This document shows positions 1 through 11,843 of a DNA stretch of 64,000 nucleotides, piece by piece. Made by a program: the position numbers and the translations under genes. The notes below the pieces were generated by a model, which had not been told where the DNA came from, did not search any database, and saw nothing but the letters and a program-made list of their open reading frames with translations. Within the stretch, counting starts at the first letter, position 1; each line of letters begins with the position of its first letter. Source of the DNA: Octopus vulgaris (taxonomy: Eukaryota); the NCBI GenBank assembly GCA_951406725.2, contig OX597818.1, positions 133,300,001 through 133,364,000 on the forward strand, read 5' to 3'.

Positions 1-400
1 ACTGACCATATCCAGCCCAAACATTCTACCTGTTTTATGTTCAGACTGGCAAGATCAGACTTGTCACACCTAGCCTACAATATCATTCTAATAATAAACA
101 GTTTCCTCATCAAAATTACATAGCTACAAGATTATGCATGATTAATTCAAAACAATGTGAATAAATAGCAGTGTAATCTGAATGCTAAAGGGTTAAACAG
201 GTCATTTCTAGCCCAAATATCTGTTTTATGTTCAACCTGACCAGATCTGACTTCTCACACCAACCCTACAGTGTCATTCTAAAACTAAACAATCAGGTCA
301 TTGAAATTTTGAAGTTACAAGATAATGCAAGATTAATTCAAAACAATATAAATGAATAAGGATTACACATGATAGAGTAATCTGAATGTTAATGAGTTAA
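1..400 (-). mobile_element. Two tandem partial copies (1-196, 197-400) of a ~220-bp piggyBac-like (TTAA) MITE
   Basis: Both are reverse-complement similar to 49933-50162 and 63262-63482. Copy 1 ends AATGCTAAAGGG-TTAA and copy 2 ends AATGTTAATGAG-TTAA. Confidence 0.7.
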
Positions 401-433
401 TGTTCTTTTTTCTTCTAAAGAAACTTTTCAACT

Positions 434-827
434 CTTTACTCTTTTACTTGTTTCAGTCATTTGACTGCGGCCATGCTGGAGCACTGCCTTTAGTCGAACA
501 AATCGACCCCGGGACTTATTCTTTGTAAGCCCAGTACTTATTCTATCGGTCTCTTTTGCCGAACCGCTAAGTAACGGGGACATAAACACACCAGCATCGG
601 TTATCAAGCAATGCTAGGGGGACAAACACAGACACACTTACATATATAAATATATACATATATACGACAGGCTTCTTTCAGTTTCCGTCTACCAAATTCA
701 CTCACAAGGCATTGGTCGGCCCGGGGCTATAGCAGAAGACACTTGCCCAAGATACCACGCAGTGGGACTGAACCCGGAACCATGTGGCTGGTTAGCAAGC
801 TACTTACCACACAGCCACTCCTGCGCC
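434..827 (-). mobile_element. tRNA-derived SINE, family A (CORE-like body, (AAAAGAGT)n tail), full length
   Basis: Minus-strand head GGCGCAGGAGTGGCTGTGTGGTAAG...GGTTCAGTCCC (A/B-box like). About 12 copies in the window. TSD of about 28 bp at 406-433 / 830-857. Confidence 0.9.
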
Positions 828-1379
828 TTTTTTTTCTTCTAAAGCAACTTTTCAACTATATATTAAATTTTCAAATCTTATTCAGTTCAATTTTAAGATT
901 TAGTGCCTTACTGTCAAGGTGAAGGCAGGCTTATCCAGTATGACAAGACACCAACTTACAAACACTAATGTCACTTCAATGGAGTTTGCTATCATTTGTA
1001 CAACTACGAGATGGTTTCAACCAGTCTTTACTATATTATCCTTTCCACGTGCTCTCATGAGTAAGGAAACTAGAAAATTATCACATTGTTGCACTTGCAT
1101 TTAATACAGCGACCACAACAAGAGCTCCAATATCTACTTGTGGCACCAAGAAAACTGAATCTTTCTTGCAGTGGAAAGAAACTGGAATGCAAACGAGTAC
1201 CAACACATTAAATTCTAAAGTGACAAACACCATGTGACAAAAGGGTTACTTTTTATCCCTTTTGATACGAACCAACCTAAGATCATAAATGGTTTTACTA
1301 TACAAGCTTCCAGTTTGAAGCTGATCAAAATTAAAAACCTTCCATCAAATTTTCATGCTAATCTATATTCCAAGTTTTT

Positions 1380-1761
1380 GGAAGCACTCCGTCGGTTACG
1401 ACGATGAGGGTTCCGGTTGATCCGAATCAACGGAACAGCCTGCTCGTGAAATTAACGTGTAAGTGGCTGAGCACTCCACAGACACGTGTACCCTCAACAT
1501 AGTTCTCGGGGATATTCAGCGTGACACAGAGAGTGACAAGGCCGGCCCTTTGAAATACAGGTACAACAGAAACAGGAAGTAAGAGTGAGAGAAAGTTATG
1601 GTGAAAGAGTACAGCAGGGATCACCACCATCCCTGCCGGAGCCTCGTGGAGCTTTTAGGTGTTTTCACTCAATAAACACTCACAACGCCCGATCTGGGAA
1701 TCGAAACCGCGATCCTATGACCGCGAGCCCGCTGCCCTAACCACTGGGCCATTGCGCCTCC
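1380..1761 (-). mobile_element. tRNA-derived SINE, family B (RTE-like 3' tail), full length
   Basis: Head GGAGGCGCAATGGCCCAGTGGTTAGGGCAGCGG...GGTTTCGATTCCC. Near-identical to 3209, 34548, 44767, 45641 and 63546. Source of the recurring 'MVVIPAVLF' ORF. Confidence 0.9.
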
Positions 1762-2009
1762 ACGTACCTGTTTAATATTCCAAGTACCTGTTTAATAACA
1801 ACAAAGTTATTTTATTAACTTCTTCACAATTCTCAAGTTTTCAAACATATATACACAGTTTGCTGGACAGGCCATTGAATCTCCTGAGTTTATACACCCA
1901 TGCACAGATTTTCCTTCTCGTTCTGCATCATCCCAAAGTCACATATATTAAATGGTAGTCTCTTGCATCCAAGAAAGGGAGTTCTGTAATTGTTTAAAAT
2001 GATCAAATG

Positions 2010-2230
2010 TTGTTGCTGCTCATTGGCCCCACTCTCTCTCCCCATCAACCGGGCATTGCTTGTATGGGTGCACGGTGTGCCACACATTGGATGCTGAAGT
2101 GATTACAAGGCAACATGAGATGAAGAATATTGGTCAAGAACACAACACAGCACCCAGTCTGAGAATTAAAGCCATAAAGCTATGATCTTGCAATCATGAG
2201 TGCAACACCCTAACCACTAAGACATATGCC

Positions 2231-2233
<3 letters not shown>
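2010..2233 (-). mobile_element. Old tRNA-derived SINE, family D
   Basis: Minus-strand head TGAAGGCATATGTCTTAGTGGTTAGGGTGTTGCACTCATGAT and TGTGTTCTTG motif shared with 13587, 18715 and 46915. Confidence 0.65.
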
Positions 2234-2280
<47 letters not shown>

Positions 2281-2282
<2 letters not shown>

Positions 2283-2448
2283 GGTCCCGGGTTGATTCGG
2301 GTTAACCACAGTAAGTAAGGTACTCAATACATAGCAGAGTAAAATTAATTTATTATATGAAGAGCTTACAGACTAGTACTGTTTCTCAAGAGAAATCTTC
2401 AGGAAGCTTCCTGAAGATTTCTCTTGAATGAAACAGTACTATCCTGTA
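2281..2448. mobile_element. Penelope-like pLTR fragment forming an 82-bp palindrome (2367-2448) with hammerhead-like cores on both strands
   Basis: Palindrome centred on AAGCTT (2404-2409). Each arm reads CTGAAGA-N10/12-GAAACAG-N7-CTGTA. Embedded between (TA)n and (CA)n. Confidence 0.6.
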
Positions 2449-2479
2449 CACACACACACACCCACACACACATATACAT

Positions 2480-2512
<33 letters not shown>

Positions 2513-2523
2513 CATACACACAC

Positions 2524-2556
<33 letters not shown>

Positions 2557-2622
2557 TATGTATACAATATATATATATACACAAACACACATATATACAC
2601 ACACATATATAAAATATACTAA

Positions 2623-2678
<56 letters not shown>

Positions 2679-2734
2679 TGTCCTCCACAGCAGAAGTATT
2701 AAGGCCACATCCCCCATTGAAGAGGATTGACCTC

Positions 2735-2962
2735 AAGAGTCCTGTGCCAGCGCCACATAAAAGGCAGTCATGCCAGTACCATGTAAAAGCGCTCATACCA
2801 GTGGCACATTAAAAGCACCCAAGTGGTTGGCATTAAGAAGGGCATTCATCCATAGAAACCAAGCCGATTCAGGCTGGAAACTGGAGCAGCTCCTCAGCTT
2901 ACCAGCGTTGATCAAACCATCCAACCCATGCCAGCATGGAAAACAGACGTTAAAGGATGATA

Positions 2963-3003
<41 letters not shown>
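2735..3003 (+). mobile_element. Family C repeat (RTE-LINE 3' UTR/SINE with (GAT)n tail)
   Basis: GTGGTTGGCATTAAGAAGGGCAT...CCAACCCATGCCAGCATGGAAAACAGACGTTAAA followed by (GAT)n. Multiple copies in the window. Confidence 0.8.
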
Positions 3004-3006
<3 letters not shown>

Positions 3007-3208
3007 TTTCAGTTTTCAGCTAGCAATAAACATACATTAAATAAGTCTTATTAGGTAAGGTATATCTATCATCCATCTATCTACATGTACACACACACAC
3101 ACACACATTCTATACAGCCAATATAGAAAACTTATGTAAAATGATTATGTGAGGGTGGGGGTTATGAGATATAGAAACAAGCTTAAACAGGTCTTTTAGT
3201 GATAGGAG

Positions 3209-3590
3209 GGAGGCGCAATGGCCCAGTGGTTAGGGCAGCGGACTCGCGGTCGTAGGATCACGGTTTCGATTCCCAGACCGGGCGTTGTGAGTGTTTATTG
3301 AGCGAAAACACCTAAAGCTCCACGAGGCTCCGACAGGGGATGGTGGTGATCCCTGCTGTACTCTTTCACCACAACTTTCTCTCACTCTTACTTCCTGTTT
3401 CTGTTGTACCTGTATTTCAAGGGGCCGGCCTTGTCACTGTCTGTGTCACGCTGAATATCCCCGAGAACTACGTTGAGGGTGCACGTGTCTGTGGAGTGCT
3501 CAGCCACTTACATGTTAATTTCACGAGCAGGCTGTTCCGTTGATTCGGATCAACCGGAACCCTCGTCGTCGTAACCAACGGAGTGCTTCC
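3209..3590 (+). mobile_element. SINE family B, full length
   Basis: tRNA-like head. TSD AGTGATAGGAG at 3198-3208 / 3594-3604. Confidence 0.92.
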
Positions 3591-3705
3591 ATCAGTGATA
3601 GGAGACATCCTATTGTATAACGTCATTATATACAGCAATTGAAATATGATTATGAAATGAATTATGATGAAAAGGATGAGAAAAGAATATACACACAAAA
3701 GAAGC

Positions 3706-3761
<56 letters not shown>

Positions 3762-3763
<2 letters not shown>

Positions 3764-4027
3764 AGGCGCAATGGCCCAGTGGTTAGGGCAGCGGACTCAC
3801 GGTCGTTGTGAGTGTTTATTGAGTGAAAACACCTAAAAAGCTCCACAAGGCTCCGGCAGGGGATGGTGGTGATCCCTGCTGTACTCTTTCACCACTCTTT
3901 CTTCTGTTGGCCTGCTGGCTTAGCCAGCGGGGTGGCGTCATTCGAAGGCTAAAACAATGCAAACGCATTGTGACCAGCGATGTGTAACTACATCTGATGG
4001 ACTGGTCGGTCACGTGATCACGTGATA
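3762..4027 (+). mobile_element. SINE with family-B head and a different 3' tail, inserted in (TA)n
   Basis: 3762-3895 matches the family B head with an internal deletion. The remainder is unrelated and ends GGTCACGTGATCACGTGAT. Confidence 0.7.
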
Positions 4028-4042
4028 TATATATATATATGC

Positions 4043-4086
<44 letters not shown>

Positions 4087-4313
4087 CAATACTAGAATGT
4101 AAAAAAAATACGAAATAGAAAGAAACCTTTCAAAATATTAATTTTAAAAAGCTATCATTTTTACTCTTTCAGCCTATTCCTTCATTGCAATCATGTTAAA
4201 TATATTTAAATAGCACTCATTACATTTTTCTATTACAAAATATATATCATTATTTCTCACAATAAAAGTCAATAAAAATCAAAGAAAGCTATTTTCCTAT
4301 GCGTAATTTAACA

Positions 4314-4675
4314 TTCATCATCATTTAACGCCTGTTTTCCATGCTAGCATGGGGCTGGACTGTAAAACCAGGGGCTGCACCAGGTCCCATAGTCTGTTCT
4401 GGCTTGGTTTCTATGGCATGATGCCCTTCTTAATGCCAACCATTCCCAATGTACTGGGTGCTCTTTAGGTGGCACCAGCACCCACACCGATGCTTTTTGT
4501 ATGATACCTTGGTTTTAGGGTCTCAATTCTGCTGTGTTGGGCAGGTCTTCTCAAGTACAACAATGCACCACATATCTCAGTCTTCTGTCATCTCTTTGTA
4601 AAGTTCAGCATTTTAAGATCAGCGTTCAATACTTCATCCCATGTCTTCCTGAGTCTCTCTCTTCCACATTTCCCG
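4314..4675 (-). mobile_element. RTE-clade LINE 3' end (ORF C-terminus plus family C 3' UTR)
   Basis: Minus strand reads GKCGRERLRKTWDEVLNADLKMLNFTKEMTED*DMW (RTE 'GRPRKTW...DR..W' C-terminal pattern), followed by the family C UTR and a (GAT)n tail. Confidence 0.75.
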
Positions 4676-7102
4676 TAATTTAGAAAAATCAATTACTTTA
4701 TTTAGAGAGGTACATATAAAGAAGAGAATAAAAATCTACTTTTCAACTGATGACTATCTATTCAGTAATACATATGTAAATGATTGAGGGAGTAAGAGAG
4801 AAGTTGTTAGTTTGCTTGTTTTAAATCTTAAGACATGGTTAAATCTTCCATGTTCAACATATCACATGTAACATGTTTTCAGCAAGATGTTGTCTTAGAG
4901 AAGACATTTTTGCAAGGAAGAAACCCTTGATTGTTTATGCCAGAAGAGTTAAAGAGAATGAAAACTTGCTGTTGACATCCAAGAGAGAGAGAGAGAGAGA
5001 GAGAATCAGAGAGAATCAGAGAGAGAAAGAGAAATAGGAAAATAAATTTCAGGGAAGATATTTAAGAAGAAGAAGGAGAAAAATGGAGAAAAAGAAGAGA
5101 GCACACAAGTTTAGTGCATGTTGAGAATGAAATGCCACTGATCAATAGATGACAAAATGTAAAGGAATGTCGTTCAATAACGAATTGACAACAAGTGTTC
5201 ATCAAGAGTTTACTTACAAAAGTGTTTTCATAAACTGTGCAAATGCTGCAAGCAATGTCACTTTGTCTCAAACAACAGCGTAAATAACTGGCGCTGTCAC
5301 TAAACCGCACAGTAAAATGAAAAGAAAGGCACCAGCTTTGTGAAAATTACCATTCTAGCTAGAAGCAACATTAATTATAATAATGACATTTTAACAGATG
5401 TGGCCCTCAAACAGCAGGCAGTTATTGCAGAACACAGATAAAACAGCTTCCTCTCTCATTTTCTTACCCTTTTCAAACTTTGTATACATATTTCAAGTTA
5501 TTTATGTTTTCTGATAATTTTGTTTTTGTATTTTACTTTAGAGATTTTGCATTTTCTTTTTTTCCACCCATTTTCTTTCTTTCATATTTCTTTTTCCAAT
5601 AGAAACATAGGCAAGTGAGGAATATAATTTTCATGATGTATTTTGATAAATAGATTGATTACATCTCAATTTAAATTTCATAATAATACTTATTGATGAA
5701 ATATTTAGAGGAAATATCACCAAATTTACAAAGACAATTTATCTTTTTTCTTACACTTTAGGTTCTCATTAACAAGTATAAAAATTCCCTTGCAGAAGCA
5801 AATGTCATAAATTTAAGCACCTTTCATTAATATTTCCATTCAACAACATTTTTTTTTCCTACTTAATCACTTTTATATTTTGCCTTCTATTATGAATGAA
5901 CCCAAATTTCCAAATATTAAAACCACTGTTTAATGATTATATTTAATCTTCAAGCGATTAACAAAGGATAAATTGAGATGTTACAAAGTTAAAGAGGAAA
6001 TTGCATAACATGTATAAATAACTGATCATAAGTCATATTGAAGGGGTAATAAAAGTATTAAATGAAAGCATCGTCAGATATAAAAATAAAGAGAAAAAGA
6101 GAAATCGTAGTATTTCAGAAACAGTTTTACTTCTATCTTGTAAACTTCACAGTTTGATGTAACACAAAGATATGAGAGTGAATGTATTCTAGTGGCTGAT
6201 TATTACTATTGACTACCAAAGTTTGTAATATTTAGAATAGATTTACTGGACAAAAGACAAGCTTTGTAATTTGACATGTCATGGTAAAACATCAGTCCGA
6301 TGCAACTATGAAGTTATTACTTTTCTTTTTCTCTGTCTTTCTTTCAGTTTACATTCTGTCTTGAAAGGAAGAGAAGCCAGCAATATCACTTCTAATAGCC
6401 AGAGGCCTTTATTTTAAATTCGTACAGATAGGCATTGAAATATAGTCACAATGAGGCAAAGTGAGAAGATACCCAAAATAAATTGTAAAGTCACAGCAAT
6501 TGAAATAGATAGAATTCTGAAACCTCAATTAATGAGAATAGCTTTGGAACATTAGAAATGCAAGAACACCCTAAAGTGAACAGATATGACACGAAAAGAG
6601 GAAATAAGTTTAATGATTGTGAAGTTAATCATTTAATTCATTTGGATCAACAATTAAGACAGTGAATAGTAAAAATATTTGGATATATTTTTCTTTAGAA
6701 TAATATAAAACTAGCAGACAGAATAGGTTTGACATTTTTATAATTGCAACCTATTTGTTGTTAAAAGAAAAAAAAATAATTTGCACTGTACAGCTATTCA
6801 GACATGCAATTATTTTTGTTTACACTAAATATACTTTAGCCCCATATATACTTTAGTTCTATATATATATGTAAATCTCTATTGATACTTAATCTTTTAT
6901 GTAAATTGTTTCTAGTGATTTAAATGTTTCTGCCTTGATGTTATAACATAGCTTTAAAAATACTAGAAAATGAAAATGAGTTCTTGATATGCTGAAGAGC
7001 ACTACAATAAAATTTATGTAAGTATAGGTCAAATAATGGTGTTGGTGTAATCAACCTGAACCCCTTCCTAATTTCTTGCATTGCCTCTATGTCAGAAACA
7101 AT

Positions 7103-7480
7103 TCATCATCATCATCATCATCATTGTTTAACATCCGTTTCCCATGCTAGCATGGGTTGGACGGTTCAACTGGGGTCTGGGAAGCCAGGAGGGTGCACCA
7201 GGCTCCAGTCTGATCTGGCAGTGTTTCTACAGCTGGATGCCCTTCCTAACACCAACCATTCCATGAGTGTAGTGGTCTTTTTTATGTGCCACCAGCATAG
7301 GGGCAAGAGGAGGTTGGAAACAGCCATGATCAGTTGATGCTTTTTACATGCCACTGGCAGAGAAGTCAGTCAAAGGTGGAGCTGGCATCAACCACATTCT
7401 GATGGTACTTTATACATGCCACCGGCACAGGTATCACAACTACAACTTCCATTTGATTTTTATTTTGATGTTGATGTAAT
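7103..7480 (-). mobile_element. Family C repeat
   Basis: (CAT)n-TGTTTAACATCCGTTTCCCATGCTAGCATGGGTTGGACGG signature. Confidence 0.85.
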
Positions 7481-7498
7481 TATTATTACTATTTCTAA

Positions 7499-7699
7499 AG
7501 ATGGTGAGCTGACAGAATGGTTACCACACCAGGCAAAATTCTTAACAGCATTTCATCCATTTTTACATTCTGAGTTCAAATTCTGCAGAGGTTAACTTTG
7601 CCTTTCATCCTTTTAGGGTCAATAAAATAAGTACTGGTTGATGTAATTGACTTACTCTCTCCCGCAAAACTTGCTGGCCTTGTGCCAAAATTTGAAATC
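7499..7699 (+). mobile_element. SINE family E (conserved central domain CTTTGCCTTTCATCC...GGTCRATAAA..AAGTAC)
   Basis: Head GGTGAGCTGACAGAAT..., GAGTTCAAATTC B-box. About 13 copies in the window. Confidence 0.75.
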
Positions 7700-8724
7700 A
7701 TTTTCATCATCACTGCCATTGGCACCCAGAGGCCTTTATTTCAATTTTTTTATTCCATGTCAGATCACGTCTTTCCTGACAGATAGGCCTCTTGATCAGG
7801 ATAGATTTCTGCATTATTTTGGACAATTTATAATGTCTTGATAAACGATGTTTTTTTTTTATTTTTTCATTTGGTGCATAAATGTAAAGACTTTTCTTAC
7901 TTCCTACTCTTGAACATCCACTGTAAAGCTGACCATGGGTGAAGCTGGGCTTGTCAAAGTGTAAACATGTAACTGAAAATGTTTGCCTTTGCAATTTGTT
8001 GATGGTCAAGGCAAAACTAAGACTCACTGGAAATTGAAGTTGTTTGAATTAAAATGGGACACCGTCTCATGAATCTATGTGACTGAGGCTCTTGTGTGCT
8101 TATCATCTAATCAATGCATCTTATGCTCAGGTGTCTCCTGAGACCATGTGAAAGAGGCTCATATTCACACATCATCAAGTCTATTCCTTCTCTTTTCAGG
8201 TGTCTCCTGAGCTAGCTGCTTATGACTTGTGAGGGTCTTTTGATTTTGTTGCCTAACTGAAATTTCTTGCATTTTAGACATCTACAATAAGAACAAAACA
8301 CTAAAATGGTGTAAAAGTGTTATTATTGCAGTATTTCAATATTCCCTATGTAGATATCACTTGTTTCAGGTCAGATTAATAATACTGACATACATGCATA
8401 CGTGAATACACTCTAAATTTCTCTGAACAGACACCCAGTTTGTACCTGGGCTACTCTACCCAATTACAATTTTTCGTCCTCCCTCCATTGCAATGCTTGG
8501 GATCTTACAGTAAGGATGCTACAAAATGAACATGGTTCATCAACTTGACCAATAAAGAGGAATTATTAAGTTGAAAAAAGGAGGAATTATTAAGCATGAA
8601 AAATAAATACTAATTTGTTATTTTTAAATGGTGTACCTGCAATGGACACAACTGTCACTGAAGTTGTTTGTAAAATGCCACTTCTTTTACATATATACAT
8701 GAACACACACTCATAGTAGTTGTG

Positions 8725-9045
8725 GTACTCTGTCGGTTACAACAACATGAATTCCAGTTGATCCAACCAACTGAACAGCCTGTTCGTGAAATTAGCATGC
8801 ATATGGCTGAGTGCTCCAGACACATGTACCCTTAGTGTAGTTCTCAGGGAGACTCAACGTGACATAGAATGTGAAAAGGCTGGCCCTTTTGAAATACAGG
8901 TACAGCTCATTTTTGCCAGCTGAGTGGACTGGAACAACATGAAATAAAGTGTCATTCTCAAAGACACAACATGTAGCCAAGAACTGAATGCATGACCTTG
9001 CAATCCTGAACCAAATATCCTAACCAGTAAGCCATGTGCCTTCAC
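8725..9045 (-). mobile_element. Diverged SINE with family-B tail and family-D-like head
   Basis: GTCGGTTACAACAAC...CAGCCTGTTCGTGAAATTA...GGCTGAGTGCTCCA matches the family B tail. tRNA-like head near 9045. Confidence 0.7.
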
Positions 9046-9046
9046 A

Positions 9047-10261
9047 AAAATTGAGAGGGAGTACATCAGAAGTGTGAGGAAGCTAATGAAGTCAAAGCTA
9101 AATGGCCCAAATCTAGTGAAGGTTGTAAATACGTGGGCAGTATCACTAATTAGATACTCAGCAGCTTTGTAGATTGGACAAAAACTGAACTAGCAAAGCT
9201 AGACAGAAGAACTAGGAAGGAATTCAATATGAATGAAGAACGCCACGCAAGGGCAGGAGTAGCAAGATTACACTTACCTAGAAAGGAAAGCAGAAGAGGG
9301 TTAATATCAGTAGAAGACTGCGTGGAGTTAGCTAGAGTAGATACAGACTCCTTCGTAGGTAATAGTGAAGAAAGTTTATTAAAAGCTGCTAGAGTCACAA
9401 CAAGACACAGGGAAACCAAAATTCCAAACAAAGTTAAAAAACAGAAAAAAGAACAGAAATTATCTGAGTGGCAGGAGAAGGTGTTGCATGGCAGATTCCC
9501 AAAGATAATTTCAGCAAATAGTAGTAGTGAAATATGGTTATAGTTGCAGAAAATAAAGCTGAAAGGGAGACAGTGAGTTTGTTAGTAGCAGCACAGGATC
9601 AAGCATTAAGAACCAATTGGATAAACGCCAAGATAGACGAAAACCAAATAGATTCCCAATGTAGGTTATGCAAATCAAAAGAGGAAGCGTTACTCATATA
9701 GTAAGTGAATGTTGCATGTTGGCATAGAAAGAGTACAAGAAAAGGTTTGACAACCTAGGAAGTGTAATCTACTGGAAGTTATGTAGAAAACCAGGATTTA
9801 AACATAGTGATAAATGGTATGAACATGAACCTACTAAAGTGCGCTAGAAAGTAAAAAATACATGTTGTGTGACTTTAACATTCAGACTGATAGAGTAATA
9901 GAAGCTTGAAAGCCTGATTTAGTAGTAGTAAAGATAATAGAAAATGCCAGATAATTGACTTTACTGTCCCAAATGATGAAACAATCAATATAAGAAGTAA
10001 AGAAAAAATAGCAAAGTACCAGGACTGAAAAGTACCAGGAAAGTGCAGTAGTTATAGGTGCAAAGGGAATTATTCCTAAATATCTAAGCGGATGGATAGA
10101 GGAAATAGGGATAAAATCCAGTTTAGTACAGTTCCAGAAAACAGTGTTATTAGGGACAGCTAGGATACTTTGGAGGGTGTTTTGGTATCTAAGGTTACTT
10201 GTAGTCTGATGTCAGGAATTTTTTTCTTTTGCAACAGTCTAATCTGTTGTGTGAATATCAA
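9047..10261 (+). pseudogene. R4/Dong-clade non-LTR retrotransposon, 5'-truncated and decayed (RT thumb, CCHC knuckle, restriction-like endonuclease)
   Basis: Translates as NLVKVVNTWAVSLIRYS, RLHLPRKESRRGLISVEDC, AAQDQALRTN, CRLC..E...HIVSEC, DFNIQTDRVIEA*KPDLVV, IIDFTVP, with stops and frameshifts. Ends directly in (TAA)n. Confidence 0.88.

Positions 10262-10346
<85 letters not shown>
10262..10346. repeat. (TAA)n microsatellite
   Basis: Direct reading. Confidence 0.95.
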
Positions 10347-10349
<3 letters not shown>

Positions 10350-10903
10350 GCCCTGATGCAGTACCAGGCAGTGGTTCTCATGGCTTCTGATCTTAACTGA
10401 TTGGAAGTGTTATCATGTACATTGTTTTGTCTTGGTATAAAAGATGGGCTACAGCAAATATTCTGCTCAATACCACAGATTTGCTTGTCAGTTGTTTGAC
10501 CTTAACCAGTTGAGCATGTCCCTTAGTGGCTGACGATATGTGCATCTCTGATCACGAGCAGAAGTAGTGGGGGAGCATCATAGCCATGTGTTGAGAGGGA
10601 TTCTTTGGGGTTTGAATAATTCACCTCTGGAAACATGGGTGGTTTGTTCAACATTCTTAAACAACCCTTATTCAGGGACCTTTTGAGCGGGATGGGCTAC
10701 TCAACCTGAAGAAAATTCTAATTGGGCCCCATCTGCAAGGTCATGTGCTGTTTATCTTGATATGAGATCACCATGTCACGCACATATGGTTGTGATGCAT
10801 GTGCCTGGTGTACCCTTATCAGACGGGTAGTCATGATGGGTATATTGGGCTTCGTAAATTTTACCCCAGTGTCACTTTGATGGCATGCACTGCTCTCTCA
10901 CTC
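10347..10903 (+). mobile_element. 557-bp non-coding interspersed element flanked by (TAA)n on both sides
   Basis: A near-identical, truncated reverse copy at 48211-48590 is also flanked by (TTA)n. No tRNA head, TIR or credible ORF seen. Confidence 0.8.
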
Positions 10904-10914
10904 AATAATAATAA

Positions 10915-10945
<31 letters not shown>

Positions 10946-11003
10946 AAGAAGAAGAAGAAGAAGAAGAAGAAGAAGAAGAAGAAGAAGAAGAAGAAGAAGA
11001 AGA
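10904..11003. repeat. (AAT)n-(AAG)n compound microsatellite
   Basis: Direct reading. Produces the poly-K ORF artefact. Confidence 0.95.
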
Positions 11004-11009
11004 ATCATT

Positions 11010-11812
11010 ATTATCTTCCAAATGGTTTATGGAGGGTATGATGGATAGCAACTTGGGAAATTTTAAGCCATTGATGAAGACAGTCTGAACAGACTATATT
11101 GGAGGGCTTTCAAGACAACTTCCGAAAGTACTTAGCTAAACAGTGTTATAAGGAAGCATTGCCAGTTAAAGATAAACTCTCCAAGCATGGCACAGGCTTT
11201 CCTAGATGCAGGCATGATGAAGAAACTATTCTTCATGCGCTCATTTGGTATCCAAACATTATTAACTTATGGAGTTATGTTAAACACTTGTTGTTATGAG
11301 TTGGACCTATCTACTTGTCAGCTTAGTCCAACATAAGGGTCATCCTGCTTTCTTTGATGGAGGACTGTTAGTTTTCTGTTTTCTAGGGGTTACGTATGTC
11401 AAGATAAGTAACGTAGTGGATAAGATTGCAAGGACTATCAACAAAATTTCCTCTTTGATCAAAGCCTTCATCAACTGTTTTCATAACTAAATGAAAAAGA
11501 GTGAGTATTTTCAAGGAAGTGTTACCCTCAAGTAAATTTGCTGAAATTCAAGTGAGAGTTTTGAGAATTGTGTGACAGCATGGTTCCACTCTCTTAATCT
11601 CTTTTACTCATTTACTTGTTTCAGTCATTTGACTGTGGCCATGCTGGAGCACCGCCTTTAGTTGAGCAAATCGACCCCGGAACTTATTCTTTGTAAGCCC
11701 AGTACTTATTCTATCAGTCTCTTTTGCCGAACTGCTAAGTGACGGGGACGTAAACACACCAGCATCGGTTGTCAAGCAATGCGAGGGGACAAACACAGAC
11801 ACACAAACATAT

Positions 11813-11843
<31 letters not shown>

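Noticed and set aside
1427-1630. Recurrent 67-aa ORF MVVIPAVLFHHNF... in six places, resembling a small multigene family
   Set aside because: It lies entirely within family B SINE copies that have tRNA-like heads and TSDs.
3209-3285. tRNA-like sequences at SINE heads
   Set aside because: A/B boxes are present but I see no complete cloverleaf, and they continue into SINE bodies. Not called tRNA genes.
8128-8235. 15-bp direct repeat CAGGTGTCTCCTGAG with a good plus-strand acceptor before the second copy
   Set aside because: Weak donor, no recognisable peptide and no supporting neighbouring exon.
10500-10600. TAA...GTCCC...AGGG words suggesting a twister or HDV-like ribozyme in the 557-bp element
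   Set aside because: I could not build the required pseudoknots by eye.
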